Assembly (NCBI GenBank): GCA_950097015.1
Contig: CATNEN010000034.1
Span: 7,626,001 to 7,690,000, forward strand
DNA length: 64,000 nucleotides
Direction of reading: 5' to 3'
Source of the DNA: Macrostomum hystrix
Taxonomy: Eukaryota > Animalia > Platyhelminthes
Shown piece after piece: positions 47,601 to 57,431 of this stretch (positions are counted from its first letter, which is position 1; each line of letters opens with the position of its first letter). The position numbers and the translations under genes are program-made. Below the pieces are notes generated by a model. That model did not search any database and was not told the origin of the DNA. It saw only the letters and a list, made by a program, of their open reading frames with translations.

Positions 47601-50134
47601 AGTCCGATCAGCAGCCGCTCGAACCTCCCGACGCCCCTGAGCTCACGGAGCCAGTCGCAGCCCGGCTCCACCCACGGCGGGCGAAGGACCCAGAGAGGAA
47701 CTACAGAGAACCCGACCTGCGCAGAAGCTGAATTGCTTGATTGACAGACTAAAGTTACAAGGACTGTTCTAAAAACAATTATATTGTTGCCTGCTACTAC
47801 TTCTTTCATTTTATTCCCTTAATTTTTCATCCACTTGAGGAGGACTGTCATGCCGTAGTCTAATAGCACTCACGTATCGCTTTGCCGGTCAATCTAATAT
47901 GTACATATCACTAACTCTCGCTCACTATGTACATGCCCCCCACGCGCACGTTGATCGTATCGGTTGCACGTTAAGGCAAATATATAAATACTGTCTCGCC
48001 CTACTTGGAGGGCTCACCTTTTTCTTCGCACCTCACACAGCGTGACTCTTGAGCTATTACAGTTAGTACCTGTGTCTGTCCACAGTTAGTACCTGTGTCT
48101 GTCCTCAGTTAGTACCTGTGTCTGTCCTCAGTTAGTACCTGTGTCTGTTCTCAGTTAGTACCTGTGTCTGTCCACAGTTAGTACCTGTGTCTGTCCTCAG
48201 TTAGTACCTGTGTCTGTTCTCAGTTAGTACCTGTGTCTGTCCTCAGTTAGTACCTGTGTCTGCCTCAGTTAGTACCTGTGTCTGTCCTCAGTTAGTACCT
48301 GTGTCTGTCCACAGTTAGTACCTGTGTTTGCCCACAGCACCTGTGTCTGTCCACAGTTAGTACCTGTGTCTGTCCTCAGTTAGTACCTTTGTCTGTCCTC
48401 AGTTAGTACCTGTGTCTGTCCTCAGTTAGTACCTGTGTCTGTCCACAGTTAGTACCTGTGTCTGTCCTCAGTTAGTACCTGTGTCTGTCCTCAGTTAGTA
48501 CCTGTGTCTGTCCTCAGTTAGTACCTGTGTCTGTTCTCAGTTAGTACCTGTGTCTGTCCACAGTTAGTACCTGTGTCTGTCCTCAGTTAGTACCTGTGTC
48601 TGTTCTCAGTTAGTACCTGTGTCTGTCCTCAGTTAGTACCTGTGTCTGTCCTCAGTTAGTACCTGTGTCTGTCCTCAGTTAGTACCTGTGTCTGTCCTCA
48701 GTTAGTACCAATTTATGCCTGTCCTTAAAAATCTTAACAATGATTGAAATAGTCGAGAGAAATTTTAAAAGTATATATTTGTCCGAAAGTTTATATGAAT
48801 CAACAATTTAATTCATTTTCAATACATATAGGACAAGTCGAAACAATCGTCACCTTTCGCCGCGTCAAATCGTAGACTCGCCTTGTGGAGGCCACAATCC
48901 TGTAGCGCTGCTTGGCCTGTAGGCCGCTGTCGCCGGGCGAGCGAAGAGGGGAGGCGCACAATGGGAAGCCGCAGTTGCCTGACAGGTTCCGCTCAGTCAC
49001 CGCGTCTGTGTAGTGCTGCCGGCTCAGAAACACCAGCTTGGTTGAAGGTCAGGGTGGCTCACATAGCTTAATCCCTTCAAAGCGATCTTCAGCCTCCCTT
49101 CAACCCGATCTCCAACCTCCCTTCAAGCCAATCCCCAACCTCCCTTCAACCCGATCCCCAACCTACCTTCAACCCGATCCCCAACCTCCCTTCAACACGA
49201 TCAACAACCTACCTTCAACACGATCCCCAACCTCCCTTCAACCAGATCCCCAACCTCCCTTCAATACGATCCCCAACCTACCTTCAACACGATCCCCAAC
49301 CTACCTTCAACCCGATCCCCAACCTACCTTCAACCCGATACCCAACCTCCCTTCAATCCGATCAACAACCTACCTTCAACATGATCCCCAACCTCCGTTC
49401 CACCCGATCCCCAACCTACCTTCAACCCGATCCCCAGCCTCCCTTCAACTGTACTGACAACTGGAACTGGTTCTGAGAACTGGAGAACGCAGTTCTCCAA
49501 CCCGATCCCCAGCCTCCCTTCAACACGATCCCAACCTCCCTTCAACCCGCTCCCCAACCTCCCTTCAACCCGCTCCCCAACCTCCCTTCAACACGATCCC
49601 CAAACTCCCTTCAACCCGCTCCCCAACCTCCCTTCAATACGATCCCCAACCTACCTTCAACCCGCTCCCCAACCTCCCTTCAATACGATCCCCAACCTAC
49701 CTTCAACCCGCTCCCCAACCTCCCTTCAATACGATCCCCAACCTCCCTTCAACCAGATCCCCAACCTCCCTTCAACCAGATCCCCAACCTCCCTTCAACC
49801 AGATCCCCAACCTCCCTTCAACCAGATCCCCAACCTCCCTTAAACCAGATCGCCAAACTCCATTCAAGCCGATCTCCAGCCTCCCTTCAAGCCGGCCTTC
49901 CCCAGTATAACTCACAGTCATGGCCAAGTACTGCGCTGTCACGCATCCGTCGGCAGCCAGCTGTTCAACGATGCCAACTGCGCGTGAGTCGCACATTCTT
50001 TGACGTCTGGCCGTGATTTGAAAGGCCCGGCTATTGGCCCCGGCCCCGGCAGCCGCTGCTGCCGCCACCTTCGGCGGAATGACGTGGTCGCGAGCAGCCG
50101 CTGACGGAGCAGGCTTTGCCGCGGCGGCAGACAT
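41675..50134 (-). CDS. RPAP2: RNA polymerase II-associated protein 2 (RPAP2/Rtr1 CTD phosphatase); complement join(50134..49916,49036..48854,43126..42451,42021..41835,41747..~41675); 3' end unresolved
   Basis: Spliced translation contains RAVGIVEQL...QYL, HYTDAVTERNLSGNCGFPLC...YRIVASTRRVYDLTRRK|CYCSDICF...IPETPLWLR (Rtr1/RPAP2 zinc-binding domain) and MPPVDSASQATLRRRVVQEKL...LRRLVDTFKLTRSNIALATPVWEIL (RPAP2 C-terminal region), recognised from memory of the human protein. Introns are GT-AG with phases 0,0,1,2. Confidence 0.88.
42195..42377. repeat. Minisatellite, 21-bp unit AATCAAACTGTTAGACAGGAC x~8 (RPAP2 intron 3)
   Basis: Directly visible. Confidence 0.9.
43157..43507. repeat. Minisatellite, 23-bp unit AGTTAGTACCTGTGTCTGTCCTC (left arm, RPAP2 intron 2)
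   Basis: Directly visible; interrupted by the LTR element. Confidence 0.95.
43510..43725 (+). repeat. 5' LTR (216 bp)
   Basis: Direct repeat of 47846..48061; ends ...GCTATTACA; begins AG rather than TG; contains TATATAAATA. Confidence 0.93.
43727..43739 (+). other. Primer-binding site of the LTR element
   Basis: TGGCGTCGCAAGG, 1 nt after the 5' LTR; TGG is complementary to the tRNA CCA end. The cognate tRNA could not be assigned. Confidence 0.7.
43747..47731 (+). CDS. Gag-Pol polyprotein (~1327 aa after removing one A at 46678-46685)
   Basis: Knuckles CIRCGELGHKSC and CSSCGKANHLAKAC; protease LIDSGAS; RT LDVAKAFHQI and VHDDILV; RNase H VDASPTG, YSQTERE and TDHKPL; integrase HQGHQG..CTSC, LDFLGP, TDNGPPF and NGATER. 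Split into two ORFs by an 8-A run where 7 As would keep the frame. Confidence 0.9.
47837..47845 (+). other. Polypurine tract of the LTR element
   Basis: GAGGAGGAC immediately before the 3' LTR. Confidence 0.65.
47846..48061 (+). repeat. 3' LTR (216 bp)
   Basis: TGTCATGCC...GCTATTACA with canonical TG...CA termini. Confidence 0.95.
48062..48708. repeat. Same 23-bp minisatellite (right arm)
   Basis: Resumes immediately after the 3' LTR. Confidence 0.96.
49073..49900. repeat. Minisatellite, 23-bp unit CCTCCCTTCAACCCGATCCCCAA (RPAP2 intron 1)
   Basis: Directly visible, with a short unique interruption at ~49450-49495. Confidence 0.93.
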
Positions 50135-50234
50135 GATGACCGCAGTGGAGACTTTATACAAAGTTATTTAAACTAGACTAGAAAATTCGTCTGCAATGAT
50201 TTCGCCCATTTACATTTAGTATTGCAATGTCTTT

Positions 50235-51055
50235 ACTTCAACCAAATCACCAACCTCCCTTCGACCCAATCTCTGAGCTCCCTATAAACCAATCTCCAAC
50301 TTTCATGGAACCCAATCTCCAGCCTCCCTTCAACCAGATCTCAAACTTCCCTTCAACCTGTTCTCCAGCCTCCCTTCAACCAGATCTCAAACTTCCCTTC
50401 AACCTGTTCTCCAGCCTCCCTTCAACCAGATCTCAAACTTCCCTTCAACCTGTTCTACAGCCTCCCTTCAACCAGATCTCAAACTTCCCTTCAACCTGTT
50501 CTCCAGCCTCCCTTCAACCTGAGCTTCAGCCTCCCTCAACCTGTTCTCCAGCCTCCCTTCAACCCGATCTCCAGCCTCCCTTCAACCCGATCTCCAGCCT
50601 CCCTTCAACCCGATCTCCAGCCTCCCTTCGACCCGATCTTCAGCCGCCCTTCGACCCGATCTCCAGCCTCCCTTCAATCCGATCTTCAGCCTCCCTTCGA
50701 CCCGATCTCCAGCCTCCCTTCAATCCGATCTTCAGCCTCCCTTCGACCCGATCTCCAGCCTCCCTTCAATCCGATCTTCAGCCTCCCTTCGACCCGATCT
50801 CCAGCCTCCCTTCAATCCGATCTTCAGCCTCCCTTCGACCCGATCTCCAGCCTCCCTTCAATCCGATCTTCAGCCTCCCTTCGACCCGATCTCCAGCCTC
50901 CCTTCAATCCGATCTTCAGCCTCCCTTCGACCCGATCTCCAGCCTCCCTTCAATCCGATCTTCAGCCTCCCTTCGACCCGATCTCCAGCCTCCCTTCAAC
51001 CCGATCTCCAGCCTCCCTTTAACCCGATCTTCAGCCTCCCTTCGACCCGATCACC
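50235..51055. repeat. Minisatellite, 23-bp unit CCTCCCTTCAACCCGATCTCCAG with 46-bp dimer (upstream of RPAP2)
   Basis: Directly visible. Confidence 0.93.
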
Positions 51056-51714
51056 ATCCTCCTATAAAACTTCCCAACTAATAAAATACGAAATTCCTTA
51101 AATAGCTTGTTAGTTCCCTCTTACTTGCCTCAATATTTTCTATTCATTCTAGTAAGTAAATTGTTTATATATAAAATGTAGCTTTTTATAGCTCTGAACG
51201 AACAAAACGTTCAGAAATAAATGAGAAAAAATGAAAAAGTCGAGTGAATACTTTCAATTAAAAACATGTAGAAAACGTTTAGATAGGAAAAATAGTTTAT
51301 TACAGCACCAAAAAGAAATAATTTTTGGCGAGTAAAGTCTGGCAAAATTTAAATTATAATGTGTGGCATAAGGGCGTGTGTACTTCGGCAAAAACTATGT
51401 AAACGACAGTATTACTACGAGTATGTAGAATTTGTACGCGATTAGCGAGGTGAAAAGCTTTGAGGCGCAGTCGGACGGTGTACGAGCATACAAACAGTGC
51501 AATACGGTAAATTTAGCGCCTCCGCCACATGCTACTATCAGTAGGAACAGCGGTGCATCGTTATTAGTAAATAACTATCAATGTAGACAAAATCTGGCAA
51601 AGAAATGCGCTGCTAAATAGAAAATTATACTTCTTTTGTGGACAATATATCGACCTTTTGCGGCAGGGGCTTTTGACATTAGACATTTAGAGTGGGGTGC
51701 TTGTGGGTATCTAC

Positions 51715-52295
51715 TGTACATTTAGGGTAGAGAGGAAGGGATTGTCTGGATCGAGTGTACATTAAGGGTAGAGGGGATGGGGATTGTCTGGATCGAGTGT
51801 ACATTAAGGGTAGAGAGGAGCGGATTATCTGGAGTGAGTGTACATTAAGGGTAGAGAGGAGCGGATTATCTGGAGTGAGTGTATATTAAGGGTAGAGAGG
51901 TGGGGGTTGCCTGGATCGAGTGTACATTAAGGGTAGAGAGGAGGGGGTTGTCTGGATCGAGTGTACATTTAGGGTAGAGAGGAGCAGATTGTCTGGAGTG
52001 AGTGTACATTAAGGGTAGAGAGGTGGGGGTTGTCTGGATCGAGTGAACATTAAGGGTAGAGAGGAGGGGATTGTTTGGATCGAGTTTACGTTAAGGGTAG
52101 AGAGGATGGGGATTGTCTGGATCGAGTGAACATTAAGGGTAGAGAGGATGGGGATTGTCTGGATCGAGTGAACATTAAGGGTAGAGAGGAGGGGATTGTT
52201 CGGATCGAGTTTACATTAAGGGTAGCGAGGATGGGGATTGTCTGGATCGAGTGTACATTAAGGGTAGCGAGGATGGGGATTGTCTGGATCGATTG
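51715..52295. repeat. Minisatellite, 41-42-bp unit CTGGATCGAGTGTACATTAAGGGTAGAGAGGATGGGGATTGT x~14
   Basis: Directly visible. Confidence 0.93.
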
Positions 52296-52546
52296 TACGA
52301 TAAACGAGCGAGCGAGCGAGCGATTAGGGTGAGATAAGGGGTTTGTGGGGCTTAGTGTTTATTATGGCAGATAAAATAATAAAATATGAAGCACCTCTGA
52401 AAAAGTTAGTCCAAAAATATAAAACTTATAAACATAGCGTCGCAAAATACAAATATAAAATATAAAACAAGGAAATGAAAAAACAAAAAGTACACAGAGA
52501 GCATCCTACGAGCCTATTTATAAGAAACTAAATACTACATACTTTC

Positions 52547-55500
52547 CTACAAGTAGTCAGTAACAAAGTACTCAACAATGCGACCATATTTTTGCTCACA
52601 AACAGGAGCTGGCTCTTCAGTCCTAACCGACTGCATTCCAACAATATCGGCCAGATTGGCTGTAAACAAACAGTCACCATGGTTACTAGGGTTGTCAATT
52701 TTTCCTTCGGCTGTCAAGGCCTCCAAGCGCAGCTCAACTGAGGCGTCATCGTCGGCCCGATGCGCCAGACAGCGGACTCGACCGCGTCTGCCATCGCTAA
52801 GATTAACAATGTCGCCTAAGCGAACTCGGCCGACTGCAGTCGAGTCGTTGCGTTGGGTGCCGTCGATAGGAAGGATCGCCTTTGAATTCGAAAGTTGATG
52901 CTGCGGTTCTTCACGACGATGCTGATTTGCGGAACACCTGACAGGGATTTTTTTACAGATAATAGATTTACTATTTAGATCCCATTTTGAGAATTGCGCT
53001 TTGAATATACTACCGAAACCAAATCAGATCCACCATCGGGGGACTTTAGTTCGCTAAAAAGGGATTCAAGAACAGATTCTAGGTGGCATAAAATCCATAA
53101 TCGGTGACTATAAATTAACCTAATCAGTGACTATACATATACCTAATCGATAACAATGTAAATTTACCAAATCGGTGACGGTAAATTTACCAAATCGGTG
53201 ACAGTGAATTTACCTAATCGGTGACAGTAAAGTTACCTAATCGGTGACAGTAAAGTTACCAAATCGGTGACAGTGAATTTACCTAATCGGTGACTGTGAA
53301 TTTACCTAATCGGTGACTGTGAATTTACCTAATCGGTGACTGTGAATTTACCAAATCGGTGACAGTGAATTTACCTAATCGGTGACAGTAAAGTTACCTA
53401 ATCGGTGACAGTAAAGTTACCAAATCGGTGACAGTGAATTTACCTAATCGGTGACTGTGAATTTACCTAATCGGTGACAGTGAATTTACCAAATCGGTGA
53501 CTGTGAATTTACCAAATCGGTGACAGTAAATTTACCTAATCGGTGACTGTAATATTACCTAATCGGTGACAGTAAATTTACCTAATCGGTGACAGTGAAT
53601 TTACCAAATCGGTGACAGTGAATTTACCTAATCGGTGACAGTAAATTTACCTAATCGGTGACAGTGAATTTACCTAATCGGTGACTGTGAATTTACCTAA
53701 TCGGTGACTGTGAATTTACCTAATCGGTGACTGTGAATTTACCAAATCGGTGACAGTGAATTTACCTAATCGGTGACAGTAAAGTTACCTAATCGGTGAC
53801 AGTAAAGTTACCAAATCGGTGACAGTGAATTTACCTAATCGGTGACTGTGAATTTACCTAATCGGTGACAGTGAATTTACCAAATCGGTGACTGTGAATT
53901 TACCAAATCGGTGACAGTAAATTTACCTAATCGGTGACTGTAATATTACCTAATCGGTGACAGTAAATTTACCTAATCGGTGACAGTGAATTTACCAAAT
54001 CGGTGACTGTGAATTTACCTAATCGGTGACTGTGAATTTACCAAATCGGTGACTGTGAATTTACCAAATCGGTGACAGTGAATTTACCTAATCGGTGACA
54101 GTAAAGTTACCTAATCGGTGACTGTAATATTACCTAATCGGTGACAGTGAATTTACCTAATCGGTGACTGTGAATTTACCAAATCGGTGACAGTGAATTT
54201 ACCTAATCGGTGACTGTGAATTTACCAAATCGGTGACAGTGAATTTACCTAATCGGTGACAGTAAATTTACCTAATCGGTGACAGTAAATTTACCTAATC
54301 GGTGACAGTGAATTTACCAAATAGGTGACTGTGAATTTACCAAATCGGTGACAGTGAATTTACCTAATCGGTGACAGTAAAGTTACCTAATCGGTGACAG
54401 TAAAGTTACCAAATCGGTGACAGTGAATTTACCTAATCGGTGACTGTGAATTTACCAAATCGGTGACAGTGAATTTACCTAATCGGTGACTGTGAATTTA
54501 CCTAATCGGTGACAGTAAATTTACCAAATCGGTGACAGTAAATTTACCTAATTAGTGACGGTAAATTTACCTAATCGGTGACAGTAAATATACCTAATCG
54601 GTGACTGTAATATTACCTAATCGGTGACTGTAATAGTACCTAATCGGTGACAGTGAATTTACCAAGTCGGTGACAGTAAATTTACCTAATCGGTGACTGT
54701 AATATTACCTAATCGGTGGCTGTAATATTACCTAATCGGTGACTGTGAATTTACCTAATCGGTGACAGTAAATTTACCAAATCGGTGACAGTAAATTTAC
54801 CTAATTAGTGACTGTAAATTTACCTAATCGGTGACAGTAAATATACCTAATCGGTGACTGTAATATTACCTAATCGGTGACTGTAATAGTACCTAATCGG
54901 TGACAGTGAATTTACCAAGTCGGTGACAGTAAATTTACCTAATCGGTGACTGTAATATTACCTAATCGGTGGCTGTAATATTACCTAATCGGTGACAGTA
55001 AATTTACCTAATCGGTGACTGCAAATTTACCTAATCGGTGGCTGTAAATTTACCTAATCGGTGGCTGTAAATTTACCTAAGCTGTAAATTTACCTAATCG
55101 GTGACTGTGAATTTACCTAATCGGTGACTCCTTTCGACCGCGCCGCTTCGCTTCACAACTGGTCGCCGCAGCCTCAGCCCTGGCCAACTGACGCGTCGCC
55201 CTGGCCAAAGCCACCGCCAGCGTCTTGTTCAACTGCATCGCATGCCGTAGTTCTTCGCCGCCATCGTCATGTAGGCCGGACTCCGCTTTCATCAGTTCGC
55301 ATTGAGTTCCCTGTGACAAAGACGCAGTCGTTGAAGTAGATGGAGAAGTAGATGGAGACGGCGTCAAAGAACTACGCGATCTAGACTCCAGAGAAGAATT
55401 TGAGGCGGCCGCCGAGCAGGCGGCGCGCAGAGCGGCATTCTCGGCCGACACTAGGCGCAGCCGCAGCTCCAGGGCGCGCTGCCGCCGAAGCAGGTCGGCA

Positions 55501-55670
55501 ACGTCAGAGCACAGCGTGACAATGCCGCGCCGCGAGCTGTCGATCACCATGGCAACCGCGCGAGCGGCCAGACGCTTCTCCTCTTCGTCCTCTGCCTGAC
55601 GCGCATCTCGACCGCTATCGACGTAGGCATAGTCCGCCAGGGTGGCTGCGGGCCTCTGCTGTCGCGCTTG
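52547..55670 (-). CDS. Uncharacterised coiled-coil protein with degenerate CAP-Gly-like C-terminal domain; complement join(55670..55117,52937..52547); no start exon found
   Basis: Acceptor ttttcccaccgcattgcag|CAA at 55671, phase-2 donor AG|GTAAAT at 55116 and acceptor ccctgtcag|G at 52938 join 554+391 nt into an uninterrupted 314-codon frame ending ...YGRIVEYFVTDYL*. Both exons are GC-rich. The second exon is absent from the ORF track in this frame. Confidence 0.7.
53100..55128. repeat. Minisatellite, 23-bp unit ATCGGTGACAGTAAATTTACCTA x~88 (fills an intron)
   Basis: Directly visible. Confidence 0.98.
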
Positions 55671-55724
55671 CTGCAATGCGGTGGGAAAACTAATTGAGGA
55701 AAAACAGCAGATAAACAACAACTC

Positions 55725-56128
55725 TTGAAGGATTAACAGCAGACACAACCAACAACTCTTGAAGGATTAACAACAGACACAACCAACAACTCTTGAAGGA
55801 TTAACAACAGGCTCAACCAACAACTCTTGAAGGATTAACAACAGACACAACCAACAACTCTTGAAGGATTAACAACAGACTCAACCAACAACTCTTGAAG
55901 GATTAACAACAGACTCAACCAACAACTCTTGAAGGATTAACAACAGGCACAACCAACAACTCTTGAAGGATTAACAACAGACTCAACCAACAACTCTTGA
56001 AGGATTAACAACAGACTCAACCAACAACTCTTGAAGGATTAACAACAGACACAACCAACAACTCTTGAAGGATTAACAACAGACTCAACCAACAACTCTT
56101 GAAGGATTAACAACAGACACAACCAACA
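55725..56128. repeat. Minisatellite, 34-bp unit AACAACTCTTGAAGGATTAACAACAGACACAACC x~12
   Basis: Directly visible. Confidence 0.96.
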
Positions 56129-56731
56129 ACCCTAAAGGACAAATAACAGACACTGTAGGACACTAAAAGACGGACAAAAGATGCAGTACAAACAACTAGA
56201 CGCAAAATTGACTTGTAAAGCTATATTAGACGGACGTTAAAATAGTCAGCTTTCAAAAAACAGATCATATAATATATATTTGTTTTGAAATATAGCCAGG
56301 GAGTTAAAGGACACAATATAAAGGGTATTTATTTTAGACTGCAAGATCTCATTCTCAGATGTTTATAAGTACTAATTAGCTCAATACTTCTAGAAAGCAG
56401 AAATGATGTGGTTAGACTTAAACTAGACACACACTTAACCGGCTTATGCTATTACAATAATTAATTAAACACAAATGGTCATAGCGCGTTGTGTTATGCA
56501 AGGGAAAATTTTTCTAGCGTCACTTTCAGTTTTCAGAGTAGATAATTATTTGTAGATACTACTAATAGTATGGCACTACTAACAAAATCTACGATGCTTG
56601 AAAAAAACCCAGGTCATTGCCAACCACAAACTAAATGATAGATAATATTAGACGTAGGGCCGGCAAAAGCCAACTCATTAGTTAATATTGTCCCGTCCAG
56701 ATGCACACAGAGAATACGGACCGAAATCATT

Positions 56732-57397
56732 CTAGGCCTTGCCCAACCGTTTCATCTCGGCTAGCATCAGCTGGCCCATCTGGGCTGGCGATTTCGACAC
56801 TACAACTCCGGCCGCCTCCAGCGCGGCGATCTTCTCCTTGGCGCCGCCTTTGCCGCCGGCTATGATGGCGCCGGCGTGGCCCATTCGACGGCCGGGTGGC
56901 GCGGTGACACCGGCGATGAATGACACAACGGGCTTGGCATTGCTGCCCCTGTTGTGCTCCATCAGGTACTCGGCCGCGCTCTCCTCGGCTTGGCCGCCAA
57001 TCTCGCCAATGAGAACAATGCCCTCAGTTTTGGGATCTTTCAGGAAGATTTCCAGACAGTCGATAAAGTTGGTGCCGTTGAATGGATCGCCGCCGACGCC
57101 GATGCACAGGGTCTGGCCGAGACCGGTCACCTGCAGTCCGGGTTGATGGGTTGATGTATTTCAAGTACCCACTGCCCAGTTCACTTCGTGACAGTCCACC
57201 ATCTAAATAAAAATTTTCCACCCCTTAACGACGAACTAACTTTCAAAGCCGTCCGACGTCAGCATCGTCGAGATAGTCAGCGATTCTTGTCGAAGACGTG
57301 TATAAACCTCATTGGCGAATCCAAATAGGTTCAAAAATAAAAATTTGGGTATTCGATATTCCCCCGAAGTCTTTCTACTGTCTACTTTCTACTTTCT

Positions 57398-57431
<34 letters not shown>

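Larger units (their letters stand above)
43510..48061 (+). mobile_element. Ty3/Gypsy LTR retrotransposon, Mag-like, 4552 bp, near-intact, antisense within RPAP2 intron 2
   Basis: Two 216-bp LTRs, identical except at the first base. PBS TGGCGTCG follows the 5' LTR and a purine tract precedes the 3' LTR. Single gag-pol frame in the order Gag (two CCHC-type knuckles) - protease - RT - RNase H - integrase, with no env. Confidence 0.96.

Noticed and set aside
43756-47809. Antisense and alternative-frame ORFs over the retrotransposon (396, 349 aa etc.)
   Set aside because: Shadow ORFs from GC-rich codon usage of gag-pol.
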